Notes: a model not told the origin generated them from the sequence alone. DNA of 64,000 nucleotides from Thermodesulfobacteriota bacterium (GCA_964291405.2 OZ219926.1:3584001-3648000), one strand, 5' to 3'; shown: positions 1 through 10,821, numbered from the stretch's first letter. Numbers and translations: made by a program.

Positions 1-134
1 CGACGGTAAGCCGCCAGGATTTTCTTTTGCTCAATAAATTGGCGCGCATGGGCCATTTCTTTTTGGATGAGTTCGGCAGCCTGATCTTCGGGAATCTGCG
101 ACCGAAGAATTTTGGTTGTGACAACATAGAGCAT
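1..134 (-). CDS. Muconolactone delta-isomerase-like small protein (N-terminal part; runs off window edge)
   Basis: ATG at 134 with AGGAGA RBS; translates MLYVVTTKILRSQIPEDQAAELIQKEMAHARQFIEQKKILAAYR, which resembles the MIase N-terminus; not in ORF track. Confidence 0.5.
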   Translation of the reverse strand, partial: MLYVVTTKILRSQIPEDQAAELIQKEMAHARQFIEQKKILAAYR

Positions 135-179
135 GGCCTGTCTCCTTTCCTGTGAAATATGAAAAACTGCTGCAGCTAT

Positions 180-1025
180 TTAGCGGAATGTCGCCATGAT
201 GTCCTGGGCAAAATGACGCAGGAGTTGGGGCTCGGTTGACGGGGAGACCGAGAAGACAATATGGGTCACACCCACGGCAAGATAGCCTTCAATCAGCTTG
301 CGCATATTGTGATCGGAGGAGAAGGTCGTCGAGATCAGGACGGACTTCTCAATCTCGTCCGGGTCTCGGTCGATATGCGAGCAGTGGTCGGCCAGAACCT
401 CGATCTTATGCCGAAAGGTCTCCGGCGTGCCGAAGCTGTTCCACATGTCCGCGTGACGCGCCACAATACCCAAAGCGACCTTTTCCCCACCGGCCCCAAC
501 CAGGATCGGCGGGTGCGGCTGCTGGATCGGTTTTGGCTCAAAGGGCGCATCGTGCAAATGGTGATGGCGCCCCGTAAAATTCGCTCGCTCCCGCGTCCAG
601 AGGTGCTTAATCAGGGTGATTGACTCGTCCAGGCTGATCAGCCGCTCCCCGGTTGTGGGAAAGGGAATATCGTAGGCCTCGTGCTCCAACGCAAACCAGC
701 CGCTGCCAATCCCGAAAATCAGCCGTCCGTTGCTAATGATGTCCACCGTTGTCGCCATCTTGGCCAGGACAGCCGGGTGGCGATAGGTATTGCCCGTCAC
801 CATGACGCCCAGGCGTACCCGCTGGGTTGCCATAGCCAGAGCCGATAAGGCGGTCCAGCCTTCCAGGCACGGGCCGGTTGGATCGGAAAAAATCGGTAGA
901 AAGTGATCGAAGACCCAGGCTGTATCAAATCCCAGACTGTCTGCTTCTTGCCACAGCCTGAGCATATCGTTCCAGTCCCCGTTTTGTTGTGGAACCTGAA
1001 TGCCGAAGCGGACTGGGTGTGACAT
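180..1025 (-). CDS. LLM class F420-dependent oxidoreductase
   Basis: DTAWVFDHF, RHPAVLAKMATTVDIISNGRLIFGIGSGW and PKPIQQPHPPILVG motifs; start moved to MSHPVRFG. Confidence 0.9.
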   Translation of the reverse strand: MSHPVRFGIQVPQQNGDWNDMLRLWQEADSLGFDTAWVFDHFLPIFSDPTGPCLEGWTALSALAMATQRVRLGVMVTGNTYRHPAVLAKMATTVDIISNGRLIFGIGSGWFALEHEAYDIPFPTTGERLISLDESITLIKHLWTRERANFTGRHHHLHDAPFEPKPIQQPHPPILVGAGGEKVALGIVARHADMWNSFGTPETFRHKIEVLADHCSHIDRDPDEIEKSVLISTTFSSDHNMRKLIEGYLAVGVTHIVFSVSPSTEPQLLRHFAQDIMATFR

Positions 1026-1038
1026 GAGGGGCCCTTTC

Positions 1039-2253
1039 TTAGAATTCCTTGAGGGCGCGGATCGTGTCTTCATCGTACATGGCTATCCCGAAGGCGGTTT
1101 TGCCGAGGAGTTCCAGGGTCTCGTCGCTGTCGAAAGGGTGGAATAGGCCAGCCCGCACATCACGATAATAGCGTTCTAAGGGCAAGCGCTTAAAATACGA
1201 AGCACCTCCCACAGCCCGCATGGCGAGGTCAACCACGCGAGCGGAGTTCTCCATGGCGACCATCCTGGCAGCCACACTTTTGCGCAGCCAGGTACGGGGC
1301 GCTTCCCGGTCGGCCTCGGTCGCGGCTTTCCACAGACCGGCCCGGGCCGCTTCCAGCAGCATGTCCATCTCGCCGACTTTGGTATAGACACTCGGCAGAT
1401 GACTCATTGGTGTGTTGAGCGGAAAACGCGGCCGGTCACGCATAAACTCTACCACAAAATTACGGGCCGCAGTGGCAATGCCGATATACACGCTGCCGAT
1501 GGTAAACGGCGCGCGCGGGAACAGATTGGTTATCCCGCCGCGAGTGACTACCGGACGCTCCAAGAAGACCGCGGATTCCGGAATAAAGGCATCTTTGAGT
1601 TCGGTACTTCTCGACTCGGTTGAGCGCATGCCCATGGTATGCCAGTCGTCTTTGATGATGAAACCCGGTGTGTCGCGCGGAATCAGAAAGGTAATAATCG
1701 TCCCGGTCTGCTTGCCGTCGTGGACACCTTCCTTCCAGGTCGCTTCTGCAAAATATCGATCGAGCGCAATAGACTGGGTGCTGAAGATCTTACGTCCGCT
1801 CACCCGCCAGCCGCCGTCCACCCGTTCTGCCGTAGTCCGCGGACGAAGAATGGAAACCGCGTTGTCCGGCTCGGAACCCGAGCCGCCGATAATGAGCCGC
1901 TCAGCGGCGATCTGACGCAGCATGGCTTCGACGGGAGCCGGACGCTCCCGCTGCCAGAGGTTGATGAGGAGGCTCATCACATTGAAATGCATATTGATGG
2001 CCAGCGCCGTCGGACCGCAGCCCTGGGCCAGCCGTTCCTGCGCTTTGATCCGTTCCAAGAGGTTGGCGCCCATGCCGCCCAACTCTTCGGGTATGGTCAG
2101 CACGCTGTAGCCGGTCTCTTTCAGCCGCTCGTAATTCTCATACGGAAAAGAGCCTTCTTCATCGTGCTGGGCCGCGCGTGTGGCAAAGTCGTCGGCTAAG
2201 GTGGCCGCGAGGTCTATGAAGCGCTGTTCCCGCTCGGTGTGGAACTGCTGCAT
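1039..2253 (-). CDS. Acyl-CoA dehydrogenase family flavoprotein
   Basis: RAAQHDEEGSFP, GWRVSGRKIF, WHTMGMRSTES, GGASYFKRLPLERYYRDVRAG; true start MQQFHT at 2253 after AGGAGG; the 27-aa extension in the track comes from the 81-bp duplication. Confidence 0.9.
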   Translation of the reverse strand: MQQFHTEREQRFIDLAATLADDFATRAAQHDEEGSFPYENYERLKETGYSVLTIPEELGGMGANLLERIKAQERLAQGCGPTALAINMHFNVMSLLINLWQRERPAPVEAMLRQIAAERLIIGGSGSEPDNAVSILRPRTTAERVDGGWRVSGRKIFSTQSIALDRYFAEATWKEGVHDGKQTGTIITFLIPRDTPGFIIKDDWHTMGMRSTESRSTELKDAFIPESAVFLERPVVTRGGITNLFPRAPFTIGSVYIGIATAARNFVVEFMRDRPRFPLNTPMSHLPSVYTKVGEMDMLLEAARAGLWKAATEADREAPRTWLRKSVAARMVAMENSARVVDLAMRAVGGASYFKRLPLERYYRDVRAGLFHPFDSDETLELLGKTAFGIAMYDEDTIRALKEF

Positions 2254-2406
2254 GCATCCCCTCCTGTGTTCCTGGTTACGATCACTATCATTCTGTATGA
2301 GATGGGGTAAGTCGGGGTGTCTGCACTGCTGCATGCATCCCCTCCTGTGTTCCTGGTTACGATCACTATCATTCTGTATGAGATGGGGTAAGTCGGGGTG
2401 TCTGCA
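2244..2406. repeat. Perfect 81-bp tandem duplication covering the ACAD start, RBS and upstream region
   Basis: 2244-2324 is repeated exactly at 2325-2405 (actgctgcatgcatcccctcctgtg...ggggtgtctgc). Confidence 0.95.
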
Positions 2407-2455
2407 TTGACAGTCCGTACGGGCATATCATACCAAGGCTCGAGTAGGAGGCAGC

Positions 2456-3182
2456 ATGTCCACATTTGTCCTGGTTCATGGCTCATGGCACGACGGCTCT
2501 GCCTGGGAGCCGGTGTGTGCTCACCTGGCGGAGAAAGGTCATCAGGCATTCAGTCCCGACCATAGCCGGCCACGGCAAAGGCGTTGATAAAAACGTCAAT
2601 CACGCCCAGTGCACGCAGTCGATTATCGACTTCATCCTTGAAAAAGACCTGCGCGACATTGTCCTGCTCGGCCATAGCTTTGGCGGGACGATTCTCTCCC
2701 AGGTTGCTCCGGCTCTTCCCGAGCGGATTCGACGGCTGATCTTTTGGAACGCGTTTGTGTGCGAGGACGGCAATAGTCTGCTGGATGAGATTCCGGAGCA
2801 CTATCGCGCTCTGTTTGCCGAGTTGGTAACGCAGTCGAGCGATTATACCGTGACCCTGCCGTTCCCGATTTGGCGCGAGGTATTTATCAACGACGCTGAC
2901 CTGGAACTGGCCCAAACGGCCTATGCCCGGCTCTCGCCCGAACCGTATCAGCCGTTTTGCGATACGCTCGACATGAAGCCGTTTCACGCCTTAGACATCC
3001 CCAAGAGTTTTCTGAACTGTACGGAAGACATTGCCCTGCCGCCCGGAGAGTGGGGCTGGCATCCGCGCATGTCAAACCGCCTGGGGCTATATCGGCTGGT
3101 GCAAATGCCGGGCAGCCATGAGGTGATTTTCACCGATCCAATTGGTCTGGCGGAAAAGATTATTGAGGCCGGACGGGATTAG
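2456..3182 (+). pseudogene. Alpha/beta hydrolase (salicylate esterase-like) with a +1 frameshift near 2555-2557
   Basis: AGGAGG-N4-ATG at 2456 gives MSTFVLVHGSWHDGSAW...GHQAFS; homology continues as PTIAGHG...GHSFGG...GSHE in another frame; length is 3n+1. Confidence 0.8.
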
Positions 3183-3236
3183 GGTCTCAGGTGGGTAGCG
3201 GTATGCAATCTCCGTGACCCCCCGAGTTTCGCTCGC

Positions 3237-3845
3237 TCAGGGAACCTTCAGAATATCCAGCATGTTCTCAATCATGTGCTGGGTCGCGCCCCAGATTTTA
3301 TAGCCCTGGTAGCGATAGGTCTGAATGGGAATAGTTGCGCCGTCGTACAGCCAGGTTTCCGCATTCAGGTTGCCGCGGTCGGCGAGAAACGTGAACGGCA
3401 CGGAGAAAATCTCTGCCACTTCCCAGGCGTTGGGTTGAAAATCGTACGGGTGGGGAATCATCCCAACATAGGGCGTGACCACATAGTTGCTGGCCATGGT
3501 GCGCAGGTCGTCCAAGGGGCCAATCGGGTGGACGTCAGACGGGCGCAAGCCTAGCTCTTCTTCGGATTCTCGCAGGGCGGTGTACAGGAGCGACCCATCC
3601 TTTTTGTCCGCTCGTCCACCCGGAAAAGAAACATCGCCTTTGTGAGTCGGGAGGTTGGATGTGCGGAGGGTAAAGAGGAGATGATACTCTCCCGCACGCT
3701 CGAAGAACGGGACCAACACCGCCGCACGTTTGGCGGTCGTATCAGCGTCAACGAACCGGGTTCGACTCTGAAGACGGGTTTCCAGGGTAGCGAGCAGGTC
3801 GGTATGCACTGCTGCCAGCCCATCACATCTGTGGTGGTGAGGCAA
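3237..3845 (-). CDS. CoA pyrophosphatase (Nudix hydrolase); start uncertain
   Basis: LLFTLRTSNLPTHKGDVSFPGG CoA motif followed by Nudix box TALRESEEELGL; IWGAT motif. Confidence 0.9.
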   Translation of the reverse strand: MPHHHRCDGLAAVHTDLLATLETRLQSRTRFVDADTTAKRAAVLVPFFERAGEYHLLFTLRTSNLPTHKGDVSFPGGRADKKDGSLLYTALRESEEELGLRPSDVHPIGPLDDLRTMASNYVVTPYVGMIPHPYDFQPNAWEVAEIFSVPFTFLADRGNLNAETWLYDGATIPIQTYRYQGYKIWGATQHMIENMLDILKVP

Positions 3846-4003
3846 GGAAGCGTATCCGGTTGGCTTGTGAGGCCCATTCTCAGTTGTTACTTCAGGACTG
3901 GTGCGAGATGGACCGGGCGCTCGAAGGAGACCGGTATGGTCCTTCTCTATAAGCAGTGTCTCAGGAATCTGAGAGGCATAACCAGGTTAAGAGGTTGAAC
4001 AAT

Positions 4004-5041
4004 ATGGAAAACCCGTCAAGCGATAAAATGCGCCTGGGCTTCTGGACGCCAGTGTATGGCAATTGGATCATCTCAAAAGACCCAGACACGATGGATGCCT
4101 CCTTTGAGTATACCAAGCGCCTGACACTGCTGGCCGAAGAGCTGGACTTTGCCACTGTGTTGCTGGCCGAGCATACGTTTAATCCGTTTGGCCCCGAGCT
4201 GAATCAGCAGGACGCTTGGACGACCAGTGCGGCCTTGGCCGCAATTACTAAGAACATTGAACTTATGCCGGCCGTGCGTCCGGCCTTTAAGCATCCGGCA
4301 ACAGTGGCCAAGATGGCCTGTAGTATTGACGAGATTAGTGGTGGCCGAGCCGCGCTTAACCTTGTGACTGGCTGGTGGCAACGTGAATGGGAGGCGATGG
4401 GATTACCACCCATGCCGCACGATGATCGCTATGTCCGATCTGAAGAATTTCTCACCATTCTCAAAGGACTGTGGACCCAGCCGCATTTTAGTTTTGAAGG
4501 ACGCTATTATCAGATCGACGATATTACCCTGACGCCGCCTCCCATTCGTAAACCACATCCGACCATTTACTTTGGTGGAGAGTCTGACGTGGCTCAGCGT
4601 TTGGCGGCAAAGCTCGCCGATGTGTATCTCATAAACGGACGTCCAGTAGATGAAACAAAGACGTTGGTCGATCAAGTTCGTGCCTCTGCGGCAGAACAGG
4701 GCCGTGAGGTACAGTTTGGTATGAGCGCGTTCGTGATCTGCCGTGACTCAACGACGGCAGCGCAAGAAGAACACGCCCGGCTGCATAGCCTACGCTATGA
4801 AGAACCGATCGCTGGCGTTGACCGTAAAGCTGTCATGACTCGGACGTACGGATACGCAGTCGGCCATATTGGTACAAACGGCGGAACAGCCGCCGGCATG
4901 GTGGGTACTCCTCAACAGATCGCCGATCAGTTCCGTGCCTTTCAAGACATTGGCGTGACCACTTTTCTCCTCCAGTTTCATCCCATGTTGGAAGAGATGG
5001 AACGCTTTGGGGAATACGTTATTCCGCGTCTCTGTGTGTAA
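4004..5041 (+). CDS. LLM flavin-dependent monooxygenase (SsuD/SfnG-like)
   Basis: LLAEH, HPATVAKMACSIDEISGGRAALNLVTGW, IYFGGES, IGTNGG..AGMVGTPQQIA. Confidence 0.85.
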   Translation: MENPSSDKMRLGFWTPVYGNWIISKDPDTMDASFEYTKRLTLLAEELDFATVLLAEHTFNPFGPELNQQDAWTTSAALAAITKNIELMPAVRPAFKHPATVAKMACSIDEISGGRAALNLVTGWWQREWEAMGLPPMPHDDRYVRSEEFLTILKGLWTQPHFSFEGRYYQIDDITLTPPPIRKPHPTIYFGGESDVAQRLAAKLADVYLINGRPVDETKTLVDQVRASAAEQGREVQFGMSAFVICRDSTTAAQEEHARLHSLRYEEPIAGVDRKAVMTRTYGYAVGHIGTNGGTAAGMVGTPQQIADQFRAFQDIGVTTFLLQFHPMLEEMERFGEYVIPRLCV

Positions 5042-5062
5042 CGGAACGCTTCCACCCCCTTT

Positions 5063-6064
5063 TTATTCGCTCGGTTCTGCTCGAATCGGTAGCGCCAGCG
5101 GACGGATTGGCGAACCGGTTGCGCCGCGCATTTTGATCGGCGCTGCGATAAAGGCGAATTCATACACTTGGTCCTTGGCCAAATCCTCCAGCCACAGCAA
5201 CTCAAGCAGACACACCCCCCGTTCGGTAAACAAGTAGACATGCACACTGTCTTTTGCCATCGGAAATTTTTCGACTCCCATATTATCCGCCCCAAGAATG
5301 ACCGCGCCGTTATCGACCAGCCAGGTGGCACTTTCTTTGGTAAGACCTGGGTCGTTATGTACGAACTTTTTGGGGTCAGGCCAGACCGTCATGCGTCCGG
5401 TGCGGATTAAAACGGCGTCGTTCTTCTGGAGACGGACGCCCTGCTTCTTCATCACTCGCTGAAGGTCTTCGACCGTAATCTCATATGAGGCAGGGAGCAT
5501 GTCCACGCCTTGCTCACCGGCCACGTCAATCAGAATCCCACGGGTAATAATGGGAGGGATGGCATCCGCTCCGGCCTTGGTCCAGCCCTTGTCGCTCAAA
5601 TAGGTCGAGGCGTCGTAGCCATTAAAAATTTTCTCGCCCCGTCCGAGATGATTCAACGCATCAATATGGGTGCCCGTATGAGCGGACAGGGTATAGGCAT
5701 CATCGTATAAGGCGAGGTTGGGCGGACCGCCGGCCGGGGCCAGTTGCTCGACCCGCATCCCGCGTGGCGTATGTGTCATCCACATATGAAACGGCGGGTC
5801 GCCCAACCCGAAGTCGGCCAGGCCGGGCATCCCCACGAAATTTGCAACGCTGAGGTCATACGTTTTGCCGCTGCTGACACGCTGTAAGACGGCCAGGGTA
5901 TTGGCCTCGGTTAATTCGTTCAGCACTCCAATCTCATCATCCGGGCCATACGGACTCTTGGCCACATCGTCGGCTTGAGCGATAGACCAGGTGAGGAAGA
6001 GGATGAACACACTCGATAAAGATCTTGCTTTAAGACAGATCCGACAGATCTTTTCTGCGCCCAT
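5063..6064 (-). CDS. Cyclase family (kynurenine formamidase-like) metal hydrolase with signal peptide
   Basis: HTGTHID metal motif, VLIRTG, GADN, ELLWLEDL, GATGSPIRP; hydrophobic N-terminus ending AQA. Confidence 0.85.
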   Translation of the reverse strand: MGAEKICRICLKARSLSSVFILFLTWSIAQADDVAKSPYGPDDEIGVLNELTEANTLAVLQRVSSGKTYDLSVANFVGMPGLADFGLGDPPFHMWMTHTPRGMRVEQLAPAGGPPNLALYDDAYTLSAHTGTHIDALNHLGRGEKIFNGYDASTYLSDKGWTKAGADAIPPIITRGILIDVAGEQGVDMLPASYEITVEDLQRVMKKQGVRLQKNDAVLIRTGRMTVWPDPKKFVHNDPGLTKESATWLVDNGAVILGADNMGVEKFPMAKDSVHVYLFTERGVCLLELLWLEDLAKDQVYEFAFIAAPIKMRGATGSPIRPLALPIRAEPSE

Positions 6065-6143
6065 TTTTGTTCTCCTTTTGCTTCATATTGATGGGTTATG
6101 AGAGCGTATGGGAGTTCGTACGCCTCTACAACCAACGTTTTCC

Positions 6144-6173
6144 TTGACACTCAATACACGACAGAGCTAGGGT
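6144..6173 (+). promoter_or_regulatory. Putative sigma70-type promoter for the Rieske-hydA operon
   Basis: TTGACA-N18-TAGGGT; a similar TTGACAC...GCTAGGGT occurs at 44700. Confidence 0.4.
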
Positions 6174-6214
6174 CCGGCTCAGGGGACACCCATCCGGATC
6201 GAAAGGAGGACATT

Positions 6215-7423
6215 ATGCCCGGTGTGATAACTGGCGATGATTTGGGGGCGGCGCGACGACCGCTGTCCCAAGCCTCGATGCTCCCGCCTGCCTGTTACAC
6301 CTCGCCTGAATTTTATGCGCAAGAAGTCGAGCGAATTTTCTTGAAAGAATGGCTCTGTATCGGACGGACAGACCAGGTAGAGAAGCCGGGAGATTTTTTT
6401 ACACTGACGCTGCTGGGCGAGCGCCTAATTGTTGTCCGAGACGAGGACAACCAGGTTCGGGTGTTATCGAACGTCTGTCGGCATCGGGCCACTCAGGTGG
6501 TGGAAGGACACGGCAACCTCCGCCGGTTTGAGTGCCCCTACCACGGCTGGACCTACTCTCTGAAAGGTGAACTCATTGGCGCGCCCGAGATGCAACGCAC
6601 TGACAACTTTGACAAAGAACAGTGTCAATTAGCCTCGCCACGGGTCGAGACCTGGGAGGGGTTTATCTTTGTCAATTTTGATCAGCAGGCTGCGCCGCTT
6701 GGACCCAAGTTGGCTCCCCTCTCCGAGCGATTACAGCACTACCATCTGAGCGAGATGCAGACTGTCAAAACGTTAGTCTATGAGGGCAACTGGAATTGGA
6801 AGATCATGGTCGAGAACTATATGGAAGCCTACCACGTTCTTGGTCTGCATAAGGGACCGCACGATGTGATGCCAGTCCATTCCGTCCTTAATGCCTCGCA
6901 TCAGGCTTACAATATTACCAACGCGGCTTATAACGGCGCGTTTGGGATCATCTGGGGAGATTTCGCAACGCCGGGGGCAACGTTTTATTCACCGGGGGTG
7001 ACGGAAGCCGAACCTGGCAAGACCGAGTGGTTACCTTCTCCTTTCCCGTTGATTGAGAGTTTGTCTACCGAAGAGCGCCTGCGCGGAGACTTTATCAATA
7101 TCTATCCAACCCATCTCTTCACCCCGTTGCCGGATGGCATGTTTTATGGACAGATCCTGCCCCAAGCCGCTGACCGCATTACGTGGAGCCTGTCCCTGTG
7201 TTTCCCGCCAGAGACTTTAGAAATGCCCGACTTTGAGCAACACCTGGCACCCGCGATCGAGGGGATCGAGTTTATCAACTCACAGGACATGTGGGCGTGC
7301 GAGTCGGTTCAGCGGGGGTTGGTATCGCGTATGGCGCAGCCTGGACGCTACTGTCACCTCGAAGAATGTATCCATCAACTGGCGCAATACGTTATGGATA
7401 AAGTCCTGGACACACGAGCCTGA
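6215..7423 (+). CDS. Rieske oxygenase alpha subunit (choline monooxygenase-like)
   Basis: CRHR...CPYH Rieske motif; [19 protein letters not shown] iron site; AGGAGG RBS before 6215. Confidence 0.92.
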   Translation: MPGVITGDDLGAARRPLSQASMLPPACYTSPEFYAQEVERIFLKEWLCIGRTDQVEKPGDFFTLTLLGERLIVVRDEDNQVRVLSNVCRHRATQVVEGHGNLRRFECPYHGWTYSLKGELIGAPEMQRTDNFDKEQCQLASPRVETWEGFIFVNFDQQAAPLGPKLAPLSERLQHYHLSEMQTVKTLVYEGNWNWKIMVENYMEAYHVLGLHKGPHDVMPVHSVLNASHQAYNITNAAYNGAFGIIWGDFATPGATFYSPGVTEAEPGKTEWLPSPFPLIESLSTEERLRGDFINIYPTHLFTPLPDGMFYGQILPQAADRITWSLSLCFPPETLEMPDFEQHLAPAIEGIEFINSQDMWACESVQRGLVSRMAQPGRYCHLEECIHQLAQYVMDKVLDTRA

Positions 7424-7448
7424 AACAGGCGCAGGAGAAGGAGAAGAT

Positions 7449-8330
7449 ATGGCCACAAAGGACATCAAGCTTGCCTATGGAATTGACGTGGACGCGGTCG
7501 GCGGCTGGCTGGGATCGTACGGTGGCGAAGACTCGCCGGACGATATTTCGCGCGGTCTGTTTGCCGGCGAAATCGGTGTACCGCGTTTGCTCAAGCTGTT
7601 TGAGAAGTACGGCATCAAGACAAGCTGGTTTATTCCTGGTCACTCGATCGAGACGTTTCCCGAGCAGACCCACATGATTGTTGAGGCCGGACACGAGATT
7701 GGGGCACACGGCTACTCCCACGAAAATCCGATTGCCATGACACCCCAGCAAGAGGAAGACGTGCTGGTCAAAACCATCGGCCTGATCGAGGAAAAGTCGG
7801 GCAACCGTCCGTCCGGTTATGTGGCCCCGTGGTGGGAGTTCTCGAACGTGACCAACGAACTCCTGCTCAAACACGGTTTCCACTATGACCACAGTCTGAT
7901 GCATAACGACTTCCATCCCTATTATGTCCGGGTCGGCGATACCTGGACCAATATCGACTACTCCAAACCGGCGGTAGAGTGGATGAAGCCGCTCATGCGC
8001 GGTGAGGAAACCGACCTGGTCGAGATTCCGGCCAATTGGTATCTCGACGACCTGCCGCCCATGATGTTCATCAAAAAATCGCCTAATAGCCACGGCTTTG
8101 TGAATCCCCGCGACATCGAACAAATGTGGCGTGATCAGTTCGACTGGATCTACCGCGAGTACGACTATGCCGTGTTCACCATGACCATCCATCCGGACGT
8201 GAGCGGTCGCCCGCAGGTGCTGATGATGCACGAGCGCCTGATTGAATATTTCAACAGTCACGCTGGTGTGAACTGGGCCACGTTTTCGGAGATCGCAGCG
8301 GACTTCGCCCACCGGCAACCGCGTCACTAG
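7449..8330 (+). CDS. CE4 polysaccharide deacetylase, H. pylori PgdA-like
   Basis: [55 protein letters not shown]. Confidence 0.9.
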   Translation: MATKDIKLAYGIDVDAVGGWLGSYGGEDSPDDISRGLFAGEIGVPRLLKLFEKYGIKTSWFIPGHSIETFPEQTHMIVEAGHEIGAHGYSHENPIAMTPQQEEDVLVKTIGLIEEKSGNRPSGYVAPWWEFSNVTNELLLKHGFHYDHSLMHNDFHPYYVRVGDTWTNIDYSKPAVEWMKPLMRGEETDLVEIPANWYLDDLPPMMFIKKSPNSHGFVNPRDIEQMWRDQFDWIYREYDYAVFTMTIHPDVSGRPQVLMMHERLIEYFNSHAGVNWATFSEIAADFAHRQPRH

Positions 8331-8345
8331 TGCATTGGAGGAAGT

Positions 8346-9371
8346 ATGCAGTTTGCAAAGCTTGGTAACACTGGAATAACCGTGTCGCGGCTGTGTCTCG
8401 GCTGTATGAGCTATGGCGGCGGTCCGCAGCCCGACTGGGCGATGCCGCGCGACTGGGCCCTGGGTCAGAACGACGCGCGTGAGCATTTCGTCGTGGCCCT
8501 AGAAGCCGGTGTAAACTTCTTCGATACCGCCGATGTCTACTCGATTGGCCTGAGTGAGGAGATCACCGGACACTGGCTGGGGGAGATGGCCTCACGCGAT
8601 GATATTGTCGTTGCCACCAAAGTATGGGGCAAGATGGGGCCCGGGCCAAACCGTGGCGGGCTGAGTCGTAAGCATATTATTGAGGCGTGCGAGCATTCTC
8701 TGCGTCGTCTCAAGATGGATTATATCGACCTGTATCAGATCCACCGCTGGGATTTTTCCACTCCGATTGAAGAAACCCTGGAAGCCCTGGATTACCTCGT
8801 GCGCAGCGGCAAGGTGCGCTATTTGGGCGCGAGTAGCATGGCGGCCTGGCAGTTTTCCAAGGCTCTCTATGAAGCCAAGGAACAGGGCTGGCACCGTTTC
8901 GTGACCATGCAGAACCACTACAATCTGATCTATCGTGAGGAAGAGCGGGAGATGAATCCGTTGTGTATCGACCGGGGTGTGGCGCTCATTCCGTGGAGTC
9001 CGCTGGCCCGAGGCTTCTTCGCCGGCAACCGTCAGCCCGAAGGCGGCACGGCACTGACCAAGCGTGCAGAAACCGATGCGTTTGCCCATAGGAATTATTT
9101 TCGTGAGAACGATTTCGTTGTTGCCGCGACAGTGGAAAAGGTCGCCGAACAGCGGGGTGTCACACCGACCCAGATTGCCTGTGCCTGGATACTCCAGGCG
9201 CCGGGCGTCACAGCGCCCATAATCGGAGCCACGCAGATTCATCATCTGGAAGAGCTCTTTGCCGCTGTTGATATAGAACTGAGCGATGAGGAAGTCGCGA
9301 CGCTCGAAGCGCCGTATCAGCCCCATCCCATCCTGGGGCATGAGCAGCCAAGCCCGGCCAAGATGGTGTAA
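8346..9371 (+). CDS. Aldo/keto reductase
   Basis: FFDTADVY, ATKV, IDLYQIHRWD, GKVRYLGASS, PWSPLARG. Confidence 0.92.
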   Translation: MQFAKLGNTGITVSRLCLGCMSYGGGPQPDWAMPRDWALGQNDAREHFVVALEAGVNFFDTADVYSIGLSEEITGHWLGEMASRDDIVVATKVWGKMGPGPNRGGLSRKHIIEACEHSLRRLKMDYIDLYQIHRWDFSTPIEETLEALDYLVRSGKVRYLGASSMAAWQFSKALYEAKEQGWHRFVTMQNHYNLIYREEEREMNPLCIDRGVALIPWSPLARGFFAGNRQPEGGTALTKRAETDAFAHRNYFRENDFVVAATVEKVAEQRGVTPTQIACAWILQAPGVTAPIIGATQIHHLEELFAAVDIELSDEEVATLEAPYQPHPILGHEQPSPAKMV

Positions 9372-9382
9372 GGAGGTGGCCC

Positions 9383-10315
9383 GTGCAACTTGTCGATAAA
9401 GATGTGCCCGGTCCGAAGCGTGACTTTGTCGGCTATGGCCGACGGCCGCCGCAGGTGGTCTGGCCGCATAACGCCAAGGTCGCGGTGAATCTTGTGGTGA
9501 ATTATGAAGAGGGCTCCGAGTATGCAAAACCGGCTGGCGACGAGCGCAACGAAGGGCTGGCCGAGATCAGCTATACGCTCGATAAAAAATATCGGGACCT
9601 CGCGACCGAGTCCGTCTACGAATACGGCAGCCGGGCCGGAATCTGGCGACTCATGCGCCTCTTCGACGAATATAAAATTCAGGTGACGTTTTTTGCCTGC
9701 GCGGTTGCCCTGGAGCGGAATCCCGAAGTGGGCGAGTGGATCGCCGAGAGTGGCCACGAGCCATGTTCCCACGGCTGGCGCTGGAGCGAGCACTGGCGAC
9801 TGAGTCGGGAAGAAGAGCAACAGCATATGCAGTGGGCTATCGAGTCGATTCAGAAGACGTGCGGCGAGCGCCCGCTGGGCTGGTACTGTCGTTACGGGCC
9901 GAGCGTGAACACGCGTGAGCTTATTGTCGCCGAAGGCGGCTTTGCGTATGACGCGGACGCCTATAATGACGACCTGCCGTACTTCACCCAAGTCGGAGAC
10001 ACCCGACATCTGATTGTGCCGTACTCCTTCACCTATAACGACGCGCGCTATGTCCTGCCCCAGGGCTATGGCAGCCCGGCGGATTTCTTTGAGTCGTGTA
10101 AGCGCGGCCTGGACGAGCTCCGGGCCGAGGGTGAGGCCGGCTATCCCAAGATGATGTCCATCGGACTCCACCCGCGTATCGCCGGCCAGGCCGGTCGGAC
10201 GTCGGGACTGCGCGAGTTTATCGAGTATGCGCAGGCTAAAGGTGATGTGTGGTTTACGCGGCGCATCGACATTGCGCGCTGGTGGCTCGAACATCACCAA
10301 GAGTTTCAGCGCTAA
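9383..10315 (+). CDS. puuE: PuuE-like allantoinase (CE4 fold)
   Basis: RDFVGYG...WP...VNYEEGSE, ESVYEYGSRAGIWRL, HGWRW, KMMSIGLHPRIAG; GTG start after AGGAGG. Confidence 0.8.
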   Translation: MQLVDKDVPGPKRDFVGYGRRPPQVVWPHNAKVAVNLVVNYEEGSEYAKPAGDERNEGLAEISYTLDKKYRDLATESVYEYGSRAGIWRLMRLFDEYKIQVTFFACAVALERNPEVGEWIAESGHEPCSHGWRWSEHWRLSREEEQQHMQWAIESIQKTCGERPLGWYCRYGPSVNTRELIVAEGGFAYDADAYNDDLPYFTQVGDTRHLIVPYSFTYNDARYVLPQGYGSPADFFESCKRGLDELRAEGEAGYPKMMSIGLHPRIAGQAGRTSGLREFIEYAQAKGDVWFTRRIDIARWWLEHHQEFQR

Positions 10316-10326
10316 GGAGGGATCGA

Positions 10327-10821
10327 ATGGACAACGAATGGATGGAAAAACTGGCGATCCAGGAACTCTTTGCTCGCTATGCCCACGCTATTGACGACCT
10401 CGATCCGGAAGCCTGGGTCGAATGCTTCACGCCGGACGGAGTGTTTCAGGTTGGCACGCGCGCCATGCGTGGCCAGACGGCCCTGCGTGGCTATGCCGAT
10501 GTTCATATCGAAGAAATTCGCTGTCGGCACATGATGGCCAACTTTCTCTATGAGGTAAACGGAGACGAAGCTACAGGCCAGTGCAGTATGCTGGCAACGC
10601 TGGCGACCGCTGGTGGATATAAGATATTCGCCCAGGGCCGTTATGTTGACCGCCTGGTCAAGCACGAGGGCGCATGGCGTATTGCACATAGAAAAGTCGA
10701 GACCGACCAGCTTGCTTCCAATCCTACCGGGATTACAAGCATTGCCGATCCCGACGTTGCCGCATTGGTCCAACCGTTGGTGGACGCGGCCCGAAAGCTG
10801 GGAGACCGGGTACAGGTGTAA
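10327..10821 (+). CDS. NTF2/SnoaL-like protein
   Basis: AIQELFARYAHAIDD...FTPDG...GRYVDRLVKHEGAWRI; AGGAGG RBS. Confidence 0.85.
   Translation: MDNEWMEKLAIQELFARYAHAIDDLDPEAWVECFTPDGVFQVGTRAMRGQTALRGYADVHIEEIRCRHMMANFLYEVNGDEATGQCSMLATLATAGGYKIFAQGRYVDRLVKHEGAWRIAHRKVETDQLASNPTGITSIADPDVAALVQPLVDAARKLGDRVQV

Noticed and set aside
2407-2436. Sigma70 promoter starting at TTGACA 2407
   Set aside because: No convincing -10 element at 16-18 bp spacing
3890-3990. Glycine riboswitch-like words (CGAAGGAG, TCTCAGG)
   Set aside because: Lacks the GGAGA core and consistent aptamer pairing
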